DNA from: Phoronis australis
Lineage: Eukaryota; Animalia; Phoronida
DNA: 64,000 nucleotides
Assembly: GCA_002633005.1 (NCBI GenBank)
Contig: NMRA01000119.1
Location: 708,228-772,227 of the forward strand
Reading direction: 5' to 3'
In this document: in pieces, positions 52,098 through 63,463 of the stretch
Layout: the number at the start of each line of letters is the position of its first letter
How positions within the stretch are numbered: position 1 is the first letter of the stretch
Position numbers and translations under genes: made by a program
The notes under the pieces: model-generated
Told to the model about the DNA's origin: nothing
The model's database searches: none
The model's input: the letters and a program-made list of their open reading frames with translations, nothing else

Positions 52098-52354
52098 TTT
52101 TATTATGCGCCCACATATTTATATGTGGACGCATTATGCCGTCATCTCTGTCCGTCCGTCCGTCCGGGCGGCGTCCGTCCGGTGTCCGGCGTCCGCTGCT
52201 CTATCTCCAAAACCCTTTGACATACGTTCATGAAATTTGGCACATATGTTCCATTCATGAATGGGACGGCATGTGCGAACTTTCGGACGGATCTGACTAC
52301 CGGTGTGCCCCCTAGTGGCAATTTTAGTTTTTTACGCTTACCTTTGTATCTTCA
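52098..52354 (+). mobile_element. Helentron-associated (HINE/DINE-1-like) element, truncated by gap
   Basis: T-run start, hairpin atgcgcccacatat-tt-atatgtggacgcat, (GTCC)n microsatellite, then ...ttcatgaaatttgg; ends at the N gap. Confidence 0.7.
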
Positions 52355-52398
52355 NNNNNNNNNNNNNNNNNNNNNNNNNNNNNNNNNNNNNNNNNNNN
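52355..52398. other. Assembly gap (44 N)
   Basis: Run of N. Confidence 1.
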
Positions 52399-53077
52399 AA
52401 AGTACCTCTATAGTCTAAAACATGCAATTTTTAGGCATTTTGAAATATGATCAGCCAAAATCTGCTTTAACCAGTCTTAAGGAGGCTGTTTTTTTTTGGT
52501 GGGTCTCTTTCCGAAATCAGTCGTAACCATTATGTAAGGGGCCTCTGTTGAAGGCCATTGCTTTGAATTCTCCCAACTCCAGCAGGTACTCCTATGTAAA
52601 ATGAACTATTTTCCCTTTCTTCTCCAACTCAACAGGGAAGACATTTTGTAATTAATGCTATCTAATGTGCTACTTGAGTATTATGTACGTTTGCACTCTT
52701 TATTTTTAAATGGCGGCTTATTTCTTGGCTCACTTCTTGGCTGTTAGTTCATCACTAAAGAATTTGTCTTGCTGAGAAACTGAATGAAGCATATTGAATT
52801 CTTAGGATGTTATTAACTGTTATTGACAATCAACCTGGCTGTATAGTAGGAGGTGAAATTCACTGACCATTTACTAAACTCTGGTCATCTTGATTTGTTC
52901 AAAGTCCAAATATCACCTTCGCGTGATACAGTTGTTGATTGGTAAAGCTTGGAGTTCCAACAAGTCCGTCTGGATGGAGTGGAGGCTACTGATGACTCTC
53001 TCTTGTATGTAAAATCTTCCTGGTGCAACCATTCTAATATCAAGGAGCTAAGTTCCCATGAGCAGATTTGACTTGTC

Positions 53078-53210
53078 ATATTTGGGCAATTGTCTCGTGT
53101 GGCAGTTCCTGATTTTGAGAACCAGGCGATTGCTTTAAATGTCTGTTTTTCTGTGGATGAAACTAGTTCTCAAAATCAGGGACCACCAAAAGGAGCTATT
53201 GTCATATTTC
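53078..53210. mobile_element. Short palindromic MITE-like element
   Basis: gttcctgattttgagaaccag...ctagttctcaaaatcagggac core with weaker outer pairing. Confidence 0.55.
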
Positions 53211-53269
53211 TAGGTTCAGAATCAGATGCACGGTAAGTAATGGTTGATATATATATCTTGTTATTCCAG

Positions 53270-53462
53270 AGCGCATTCGCTCCTGCGAGTTCAACAAACG
53301 GAGAAGTACTTCAATGACCTGCCACAGCATCACAAACTTATGATTCAGCGCTACCCGGATCACCTGATGAAAGCACGCTCATGTATTGAGCATAACTATC
53401 AGGTCATCAAACTCATCGTTAGTCACACAGAACAGATGTTTGAAAACTACAACATAAACGGT
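53270..53462 (+). CDS. CARNMT1: CARNMT1 exon 2
   Basis: ttccag|A GCG CAT...: AHSLLRVQQTEKYFNDLPQHHKLMIQRYPDHLMKARSCIEHNYQVIKLIVSHTEQMFENYNING; donor GTATGT; phase 2 in, phase 0 out. Confidence 0.9.
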
Positions 53463-53650
53463 GTATGTAACATCTTCATCACGACTTAAAGGAATTACAG
53501 GATTTTTTAATGTTATTAGCTTACATTTGGACAAAATTAGTTTTGGTAACCGCGGGTCATTTTTAGAAATGGTCACCAGTTACAGGCAGTGCACACCAAA
53601 TGCAGTCAAATGGGCATGTCCCTGTCATGAAGGCTAATTTTGGAAATTTT

Positions 53651-54250
53651 GTCTTCAGTATGCTGTATATATACTACTGTTGTCTTCAGTATATTGTATA
53701 TATACTACTGTCGTCTTCAGTATACCTTATATATACTACTGTTGTTTTCAGTATACTGTATATATACTGCTGTTGTCTTCAGCATACTGTATATATACTA
53801 CTGTCGTATTCAGTATGCTGTATATATACTACTGTCACATTCAGTATACTGTATATATGCTACTGTCGTCTTCAGTATACCGTATATATACTACTGTCGT
53901 CTTCAGTATACTGTATATATACTATTGTTGTTTTCAGTATACTGTATGTATACTGCTGTTGTCTTCAGTATACTGTATATATACTACTGTCGTCAGTATA
54001 CTGTATACATACTACTGTTGTCTTCAGTATACTGTATATGTACTACTGTCAGTATACTGTATGTATACTACTGTCGTCGGTATACTTTATATATACTACT
54101 GTCGTCATTATACTATATACATACTACTGTTGTATTCAGTATACTGTATATATACTACTGTTGTATTCAGTATACTGTATATATACTACTGTCGTATTCA
54201 GTATACTGTATGTATACTACTGTCATCTTCAATATACTGTATATATATAC
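53651..54250. repeat. 31-bp minisatellite, about 19 units, in CARNMT1 intron 2
   Basis: gtcttcagtatactgtatatatactactgtc consensus with an internal palindrome cagtatactg. Confidence 0.97.
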
Positions 54251-54369
54251 AAGTGTCATTTTTTACATGCATTGTAGGATGGGTGCCATCTTGTAAACAT
54301 CCAGTTATATCACAGATAACCTCTCAACATGTAATATGATTTATAATTTGTGTTTGGGTGGTGAGATTT

Positions 54370-54625
54370 AACTTGAGTGTGATCAGACAGCACGTGCCTC
54401 AAGAATAGTAATTGCAGTCAGTCTGGAACACGTTGTACCAGACGTGTGCAGTTTGCTCAGATGGGCCCATTGCCCTGATCACCCGGAACTTTATTTATGT
54501 TTATTAGAAACCGAGCTGAGGAGCTATAGACCTGACTCGGGGTGTAGCAATGTGCCCCAGTGGCACTCGAAACCACAACCTTGAGTAAAGGAAGCAGACA
54601 CGTATCCCACAAGGCCACACTGCCT
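54370..54625 (-). mobile_element. tRNA-derived SINE
   Basis: Minus strand TGGCCTTGTGG (A box) and GGTTTCGAGTGCC (B box); body (gtaccagacgtg...gggcccattgc) shared with 63183-63250. Confidence 0.75.
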
Positions 54626-55772
54626 ACTCTGCAAAGGATTTGATAATCTAATGTAGTATTTATATTTTGAAGTTGGCATTGAAAAAATGACAGCAGCATT
54701 ATAGATGAAAAATGAAATCCCCCGTTTTCCTTTAACAGCAAAAGTGATTGACTCGGAATTTCGACAAAATCCAAATGATATTGTTTCCACCCTGTTAACT
54801 TTGACGTAAAATTTGTCACTCCATTTCCTGTCGTGCCGAACAACTACCATGACGATGAATTATGCTTCTGTCTGCCATTATGACTGGTAATTCTGAGTTA
54901 TTTTGTTTGATCACTGTTGGCTTGTACTATTAGCTATGATTACCATCTTTAATGAAATAAGAAATGGCTTGCCATACTTCACTGCAATTTGCGCCGTGTT
55001 TGCTCTTAGTAATTAAAAGTGTTTTGAGTGTGATTCTGTGTCTGTTACTCAAGTTGTCAACCAGATTGTGTATGAACATCTATGGTATCTTTGGTTACTC
55101 TTAAGTCTTCACCATTATATTTCCATCTCTTTTGAATTGCACTAATCTTTACAAATGCCTGAGATGGAGATAGACTGACTGAAGTGTAATAAAATTTTGA
55201 TGTTGGGAAAGATGAAAGAAGTGAACCTTTTGATTTACAGCAAAACAAAACATTCTCTCAGAACTTTAAAAAACTGTTAAGAACACTAGTTAATCCTGTC
55301 GGTATATCTTCCTTTATAGTTCTGTGAAAGCAATGATGTCTCTTTTCCTCTCTTTTTTCTCTTCCATCGCAACGTCTCGCCTTTATACTAAAATTGACTA
55401 ATAAAACAGCTGTGATCTTTGAAGCGATCCGATTTATTATCAAGGACATGTTCGGTCATCCAGCTGTGATGTGTTTTAAGATGTAGAACTGTAACAGTGC
55501 ATGTCTAGAGTAATCAGACAAAATATTGTTTCTCCGTCATGGTGGGTACTGGCTCATAATGACGGGTCATTATAGCTTTTCGACTGGGAGTCCTACTTAC
55601 ACTCACCTGTCACGACGAGGAATTCTGCTTGCTTTCAGCCATCAAGACGGAGAATTCCGGGTGATCTTGTCTGATTATTTTTACCTGTACCGTTGAAGTC
55701 GCTCTTTAGTACATTTAGTAACCGTCACTTGTGTCTGTTGTAGACGACTACTTACACTGGATTTATTGACAG

Positions 55773-55957
55773 GACACAAACGAGATCGAGACTAACTCAA
55801 AGTCTCTGAACAAGGTCTCCGAATTTGACATGGACAAGGTGAAGACGACACTGAAACAGTTTGTTCGAGACTGGAGCGTCGACGGCAAGGCGGAAAGAGA
55901 TGCCTGCTATCAGCCTGTGTTACATGAGATTAAGGACCGTTTTCCCAAGTCGCGGTG
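55773..55957 (+). CDS. CARNMT1: CARNMT1 exon 3
   Basis: [61 protein letters not shown]; contains the family motif [17 protein letters not shown]; donor GTAAGG. Confidence 0.95.
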
Positions 55958-56950
55958 GTAAGGTTAATTAAAATGGGACGACTGTTGATATTTTAGTTGT
56001 GCAGGAAAAGTCTTAAGTTTAGGACACAGTTGTTGGAAAAGTGGATTGTGTCTCTCCTCTGTCAAATTTCAAGGCAAAATGTATCCCAAGTGTCAATTGG
56101 TATGGGCGAATCTCTGGCTTGTGAACAAGCATAGGTCTTCGGTAAATGGAGACTAAAATTACGGTTTTTCAAATATATTGGTGATGGTAGCTAGGGGTGC
56201 AGAACTTGAAAATTGCAATATGTTAAATTTGAAGTTCTCTTTTAAGAAAAAAAGGAAATAAAATTTCCACGTGCTTCCAAATTGTGTCTTAAAGATTTCC
56301 ATCATATCAATTTATCTCGTTATATAGTGCAGTCTCAGGTATTCTTTATTTTTTATTTACAGCCACTGTTGTCAAAGATCATTTAGTGTGATGTTCTTAG
56401 CAAACTCCGTTTGTATTTCCGTTTTGAACACCCAGCGGTGCAAAGATATTGATCGTTTTCCTGTCGGCGACCATGTAAAGATGCGTGTATTGTTATAAAA
56501 ATTATCAGCTTTGATGTTTGTTTGTACGATTTTTATATGGATATATTGCATAACTCTTCACTTATTTTGCACAAAAATTATTACTGAATTTGCCATTTTC
56601 TGTTTTCAAAGGGTGATTAGCTTGCTGGAAAATAGAGGAATCTTTATGAAATTTTGTTTCCCAACATCTTAACAAACCGTGCTAGTGATGTACTAAAAGT
56701 GTTCTTTAATGTTCATTTTTGTGGAGAAATTTGACAGAATGAAGTTTTACTTCTCTGCCATTTTGTGTGCTAAATTGGTGAATAATTACTGTAGATATAT
56801 GCAAATGCTGTAAAACTCGTACCGTGTAACTAAGCGAAGATCTAAATTATGTGACAGTTTATGGACGCTTTTCTGTAGAATGATATTTTTGTTTGTAATG
56901 TTTCATAGCCAGTTTTGTTAACGTAATGATGACCGATAAATCAATTGCAG

Positions 56951-57091
56951 TAACCCTTCCTCTGTTCACATCCTAGTGCCCGGGGCTGGCCTGGGCAGAC
57001 TGTCCAATGAGATCGCCAGGATGGGCTACACCTGCCAGGGCAACGAGTGGAGCCTCTTCATGCTTTTTGCATCCAACTTTGTCCTCAACAA
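56951..57091 (+). CDS. CARNMT1: CARNMT1 exon 4 (SAM-binding motif I)
   Basis: [46 protein letters not shown]; [10 protein letters not shown] and QGNEWS motifs; bounded by cag and GTAAGT. Confidence 0.97.
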
Positions 57092-58152
57092 GTAAGTAAG
57101 GCAGCGTATTGTTGTTAAAGCTTAGGGTTATTTTAAATGGTGGCCAGCTAGAAAGTTAGACTACCCGTGCTTTTAGAGAGTGGACATGAAATGGGGGACT
57201 GTAGGGAACTTCCCTGAAACTGTCACAGTTTGTTGAGCGTTGTCCCACTAGTGTCACGTTTTAGTTACTATAGCTCTCAAAGTGACCCTTTTTGTTGGGA
57301 ATTAGATTGGAAAGGGCATTTGTGGGAAACCTCCATGAAAAAGTTACTTTTTTAGAGCTTTGTTGCTAAATCCCTGTTTTTACCATTTTTTGGTTTGAAG
57401 TTACTGTAGTTTGGAATTGAAATTTGACAAGAAAGTTAGGATTTTTTTTCTACTAAAATATCTGTTGTTAATAGACAAAATAACCTTTATCCATGGCTTT
57501 TCTGGAGACTTCAGTTAAACTTATCTGCAATTTTTGCTGGAGAATGCAAGGACCCATGAGTGATGTATCATATGCAAAAGTCTTGGTTCAATTTGATTTT
57601 TAACCATCTTATTCACCAAATTGATGTCCAACTACTTAAAAATCCCAATGCCCCCTTCTTGAGCAATTTTCAAATTAAAGAACACCAATTACTTAATTAG
57701 ACCACCTTCCAGTTTTGCTGTGTATTTGTGATTTACTTGGATTAGAAATGAGTTTTAAAAAGTGATCTCTGAACTTAGTAAGTGTAATTGATTGACTTCT
57801 CATTCTATGGTCCAAAAGCAATATGACTTGTGACTGAACACCAGATTGGGTTGCCGGTTGAAGGGGCTGACTTATTTTGTGACTGCCGTTGTGAACCTTT
57901 AATTTATAAGTAAAGATTACTAAGGATGTGGTCGTGGATTATTGTTTGGCTTTGTGTGGCTTTTGAAAAAAATTGATCTTATCTATCAACGATCTGCGCA
58001 GGTACTTTTGCCTGCAGCGAGGCACAGGTTTCAAATATAAGTCATGGTGCAGACTAGCTGAGTAATACCACATTCAGTGCACACTGTGTGCAGACACATA
58101 TTTTTGTACAACTGGGAACTGGCTGTCAGAGGTATCTTTCCTTTTCTACCAG

Positions 58153-58331
58153 ATGCCGTGGCGTTAACTTACACACCCTGTACCCGTGGGTTCATCACTG
58201 GTGCAACAACAAGTCATCGGCTGACCAACTTCGACCAATCCAGTTCCCAGACGTCGACCCCTCTGACCTCCCACCCAACACAAACTTCTCCATGACCGCT
58301 GGTGATTTCCTCGAGGTTTATACCGAGCCTA
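58153..58331 (+). CDS. CARNMT1: CARNMT1 exon 5, copy A
   Basis: CRGVNLHTLYPWVHHWCNNKSSADQLRPIQFPDVDPSDLPPNTNFSMTAGDFLEVYTEP; FSMTAGDF motif; 179 nt; bounded by cag and GTAAGT. Confidence 0.9.
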
Positions 58332-59969
58332 GTAAGTTTGATGCTCTGCACTGCGTCTGAGGTGTGCTTTGTTTGGAGACGTGTTACTCTACAGTTAGCT
58401 AAACACATGGTCCTTGCTCACGGAAAGTCACGAAAAATATAAAAAATGGAGCATGGAAAAAACAATAAAACTCTTGAAAAACATGGGGGAATTTTGAAAG
58501 CTGGATAGAGAAAACTTTTCGAGTTGTAGTAAAAATCTTGATAACAGGTGTTGTCAGACTTTCTAGATTGACTCAGTTTTTGTGAGAACTGTAACTAGTT
58601 GGAAATGAAAATATTATATTTTGCAAAGTTCATGGAAATGAGAACTATGAAAAAACAAAGGTATGACTGTTGCCAATAAACTTGTTTAACCTTTTGCAAA
58701 CAAATCTTGATGTTGTGAATATGACTATGGCTTTGGATGTGATTATGGCTTGACTGGTCCAGGTGTTACTGATAGTTGCCTTAATGATGCAGCATTTCTG
58801 GTGTATTTTCCAGGTAGTATTGTTGAATGTAGTGGTAGTAGTAGTGGTAGTGTTATTATTGTTATTAGAATGTTCAAATAATTACCATGATTCTGTGTCA
58901 GAAGAATCATTCCGTTAGTAACAGCACCGAAGTGTACATGAATATAGGTCAAAATCAATCTTGTGTGACCTCTGAAGGNTTTCTGTGGTGCTTTAAGCAA
59001 CTGGTGTATAGGATGTGCTTGTATTATGAAGATTACTCACATTTTGCCCCTAGCCTATTGAGGAGACAAGGACCATGCCTTTCCATTTTGCAAAGTACAA
59101 CATACTACATATATGCCCTCTACTGGCCACTTTATGGTACCAATAAACAACCCTAGAAGGATACCGTATGCGGTGCAATTGTGGGCGCATTTCAACGCTC
59201 TGCGTTGCTCTTGTTTGGTTTGAAGTAGTTTGGAATTGAAATTTGACAAGAAAGTTGGGATTTTTTTTCTACTAAAATATCTGATGTTAATAGACAAAAT
59301 AAACTTTATCCATGGCTTTTCTGGAGACTTCAGTTAAACTTATCTGCAATTTTTGCTGGAGAATGCAAGGACCCATGAGTGATGTATCATATGCAAAAGT
59401 TTTGGTTCAGTTTGATTTTTAGCCATCTTATTCACCAAATTGATGTCCAACAACTTAAAAATCCCAATGCATCCTCCTTGAGCAATTTTCAAATTAAAGA
59501 ACACCAATTACTTAATTAGACCACCTTCCAGTTTTGCTGTGCATTTGTGATTTACTTAGATTAGAAATGAGTTTTAAAAGGTGACAGATCTTTACTGATC
59601 ACTGAACTTAGTAAGTGCAATTGACTGACTTCTCATTCTATGGTCCAAAAGCAATATGGCTTGTGACTGAACACCAGATTGGGTTGCCTGTTGAAGGGGC
59701 TGACTTATTTTGCGTCTGCCGTTGTGAACCTTTAATTAATCAGTAAAGATTACTAAGGATGTGGTCGTGGATTATTGTTTGGCTTTGTGTGGCTTTTGAA
59801 AAAAAATTGATCTTCGCAGGTACTTTTGCCTGCAGTGAGGCACAAGTTTCAATATAAGTCATGGTGCAGACTAGCTGAGTAATACCACATTCAGTGCACA
59901 CTGTGTGCAGACACACATTTTTGTACAACTGGGAACTGGCTGTCAGAGGTATCTTTCCTTTTCTACCAG

Positions 59970-60148
59970 ATGCCGTGGCGTTAACTTACACACCCTTTAC
60001 CCGTGGGTTCATCACTGGTGCAACAACAAGTCATCGGCCGACCAACTTCGACCAATCCAGTTCCCAGACGTCGACCCCTCTGACCTCCCACCCAACACAA
60101 ACTTCTCCATGACCGCTGGTGATTTCCTCGAGGTTTATACCGAGCCAA
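59970..60148 (+). CDS. CARNMT1: CARNMT1 exon 5, copy B (probably the other allele)
   Basis: Same peptide as copy A with three synonymous differences (CTG/CTT, GCT/GCC, CCT/CCA); splice sites intact. Confidence 0.85.
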
Positions 60149-61693
60149 GTAAGTTTGATGCTCTGCACTGCATCTGAGGTGTGCTTTGTTTGGAGACGTG
60201 TTACTCTACAGTTAGCTAAACACATGGCCCTCGCTCATGGAAAGTCATGAAAAATAAAAATCGAGCATGGAAAAAACAACGAAACTCTTAAAAAACATGG
60301 GGGAATTTTGAAACCTGGATAGAGAAAACTTTTCGAGTTGTATTAAAAATCTTGATAACAGGTGTTGTCAGAGTTTCTAGATTGACTCAGTTTTTGTGAG
60401 AACAGTAACTAGTTGGAAATGAAAATATTATATTTTGCAAAGTTCATGGAAATGAGAACTATGAAAAAAAGAAAGGTATGACTGTTGCCAATAAACTTGT
60501 TTAACCTTTTGCAAACAAATCTTGATGTTGCGAATATGACTATGGCTTTGGATGTGATTATGGCTTGACTGGTCCAGGTGTTACTGATAGTTGTCTTAAT
60601 GATGCAGCATTTCTGGTGTATTTTCCAGGTAGTATTGTTGAATGTAGTGGTAGTAGTAGTGGTAGTGTTATTTTTATTAGAATGTTCAAATAATTACCGA
60701 TTCTGTGTCAGAAGAATCATTCCCTTAGTAACAGCACCGAAGTGTACATGAATATAGGTCAAAATCAATCTTGTGTGACCTCTGAAGGCACTCCTGTTTC
60801 AGAAGCACGTCAAAGCATTCAGGGCTTTCATCTTCAGGGCTGTCGTTGTTTGTCAAATGTATATGGGATGATTGTCGGCTCGTAAGCATTCTGTGACAAT
60901 ACAGAAAATTTGGTGTCTTGTAAATATTACGGAGTACTTATCACTTGAGCTCATTGTAATTGAAAGCAAGAGTCCACTGCAACATGCTTTGTGGTGCAAA
61001 TATGTGTAAACAACAGTGAGCTACAAATGTACTGAATGAATACATAGACTTTTAGCAAATGTTTTGCACAAAAGATTCTCAAGGTAGGCGTCATCTGATC
61101 AGACTTACGTTCCATTGACCCTAGAAAGATATACATGACTTCACGAGATATCGCCATTGGTTACACGTGAGGCACGTGATCACATTAGCTATTCTTGCTA
61201 AATTCTTGTGTTTGTGGAACACAACTTAGATTTATACACATCTCCAAGTGTTGTCTGTGAATGTTTTCAAGCCAGAATGCCTCAGTGCATTTGAAAAGTG
61301 ACCATTAGCCCCGTTAGTGAGAAAATTTTCCAGTTGATGAAAGTATCTGAGTGCTATATTTTATTTAAAGTTAACAAAATCGCACCACAAGTATACATGG
61401 TAAAGTAGATTCGAAATGTATTCTACATAAACATCCATGTTTTGATGGATTTGATACTTCACCATCTTAAATGAAGAACTGATGACCACAGGTGAAATGT
61501 GAGAAACATTTTTCACTTAATGATTTGTCAGTTTTTCCCTGATCCCTGACAGAGTGTTAGAAACATTGGATGTTTTATAATGAATTGATTGGGCAATGTA
61601 TATTACAGCGTTTTTGTAAAACTTTCAAATATAACAGTGTCTGCCATCTATTGGCTGTTTCTCGTGTTATTCCTTTGAATGCTCCTCCTCCAG

Positions 61694-61807
61694 GTTGTTG
61701 GGACTGCGTTGCCACGGTGTTTTTTGTTGATACCGCTCACAACATCATCGCTTACATTGAAACCATCTGGAATATACTGAAGCCTGGCGGATATTGGATC
61801 AATTTTG
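61694..61807 (+). CDS. CARNMT1: CARNMT1 exon 6
   Basis: [37 protein letters not shown]; FF.DTAHN and LKPGG.WIN motifs; bounded by cag and GTATGC. Confidence 0.96.
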
Positions 61808-62048
61808 GTATGCTTTCCTGTCCTAGAAATGTAGATTTAGAGTTGTCGAGCAATGTTTAGAATTGTATTGTTGATCTGACTGAATCATTCAATCCAAATT
61901 ATCAGCGTTGATGACCTTAGTTGTTTTAGTTGCTACCCAGGGTGTTAAAATTGACATACTCAAAAATCAGGATAGGGTGTTAAGCCAGGTATGGGTGTTT
62001 CAGAACAAAATTGAGCTGATAACTGGAGGTAACTCAGACAAATGTGGC

Positions 62049-62358
62049 ATAGTTCGTGCGGGACCTTGAACTCCTGGAAAATCAATTAATTTATGAGTCG
62101 AGTTTTCAAGCGCCTGGGGAAATCCTTGGAATTGTAGGAAATTTTTAGAAAGTCAATGAAAGTCCTTGGTTTTTCATCTTCATCATTGGATTGTTGAAAA
62201 CTTCTTAATAAGACACTCTGGTGGTATTGCAAGCATTAAACAGTTCAAACTCCAATTTAGGGTATACGTGGTTACCGTGGTGAAAAGCTCCTTGAATTTT
62301 TACTCAAATTGACATTGAAACTCCTTGCTGTTCAGACCCTCGACGTGTACGACCCTTG
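62049..62358. mobile_element. Degenerate hAT-like MITE
   Basis: catagttcgtgc...gtacgacccttg ends with reiterated (g/c)tccttgaa words. Confidence 0.45.
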
Positions 62359-62793
62359 TGCAGTATTTGTACCACTGCATGAGTTACACAAGTCAACCAA
62401 AATGCTTCTGAACAATTAGCTTGACTTTCAAGTTTTTGTGCTTGTGAAGTGTTTCAGATTTTCGCGTAGAACTAGCGTCTGAAGTAGTTACTCTGGAGAA
62501 CATTCCGTAGACCTAGTATCTGGCGAGAAAAGCACGATGTCTCAAGACTTCGCAAAATCAAGCGAGTGAAAAGCAAGTGTTTCGTGAATATGCTCTGGAA
62601 ATTACTAGCCTGTCCCAGAAAAATGTCTGAAGTGGTTGGTTGGTGAGATTGGAGTGTTGAATTATGGGATTGTTTCCATTCCATAAGATTTTTCACAGTG
62701 AGTACAAGTGCAAGGCTTGCAGTCCGCAGAACTCTACCTTGGAGAAGTACAAGTGCTTGACATACGCTTAAATTTGTGTTCTTTTTTCCGTAG

Positions 62794-62897
62794 GTCCTCT
62801 CTTATACCACTACGCTGATATAAAAAATGAGACATCCATTGAACTGCCATATGACGATGTTAGATCTGTCATTGTACAAATGGGCTTTGAGTTCCTG
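62794..62897 (+). CDS. CARNMT1: CARNMT1 exon 7 (final exon lies beyond the window)
   Basis: GPLLYHYADIKNETSIELPYDDVRSVIVQMGFEFL; GPLLYH and SIEL motifs; bounded by tag and GTAAGT; no stop codon reached. Confidence 0.95.
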
Positions 62898-63096
62898 GTA
62901 AGTGACTTATGTTCTACACAGCGACCTATTTATCTGTCACAGCCTGATTTTGTGGGCAAAGTATTCACGTATTCTGCAAGCGAGTGTATGCGCAAAGTGA
63001 TTTATTTGAGTTTCTGGCATTTATTGACTAGTTGTAGAACTAAGTGTCTGCACTTTGTTTTGGTTGATTTGAGTTAACTCTGGTTTCAAAGCTGTG

Positions 63097-63463
63097 CTCA
63101 AGGTAAGAGTGTTTCCTGGCACTATTCACTGCTAGTTGCACAGTCATTGGACCAGATTTATAAAAAAAGATACCTGCAAGCGATCTGGTGCACGGTGTAC
63201 CAGACGTGCGCAGGCCGTGCATTTGGGCCCATTGCACTGAACACCTCGAACCATTTTCATGCTGTAGTAATGTGTAGTTAACAGTGAGCTGAGGAGCTAG
63301 AGACCTGAGTAAAGGGTCCAGCAGTGTGGTCCAGTGGAACTTGAACCCACGGCCTTGAATAAAAGAGACCTGAGTAAAGGGTCTAGCAGTGTGGACCTGT
63401 GGAACTTGAACCCGCTGCCTTGAATAAAAGAAGTGGACACTTATCGCACTAGGCTACACTACT
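63097..63463 (-). mobile_element. tRNA-derived SINE with a 65-bp internal tandem duplication
   Basis: A box TAGCCTAGTGC, B box GGTTCAAGTTCC present twice (63301-63365 and 63366-63430). Confidence 0.75.

Larger units (their letters stand above)
57389..60788. repeat. About 1.6-kb tandem duplication across a single N, containing CARNMT1 exon 5
   Basis: 57389-58978 aligns with 59214-60788; N at 58979; 58980-59213 is unique to the second contig. Confidence 0.9.

Noticed and set aside
53600-54339. Three overlapping ORFs of about 220 aa
   Set aside because: Products of the stop-free 31-bp minisatellite inside CARNMT1 intron 2.
54516-54625. Possible tRNA genes (also 24.7, 38.8 and 63.4 kb)
   Set aside because: A/B boxes are present but there is no intact cloverleaf or poly-T terminator, and three of them continue into a shared SINE body.
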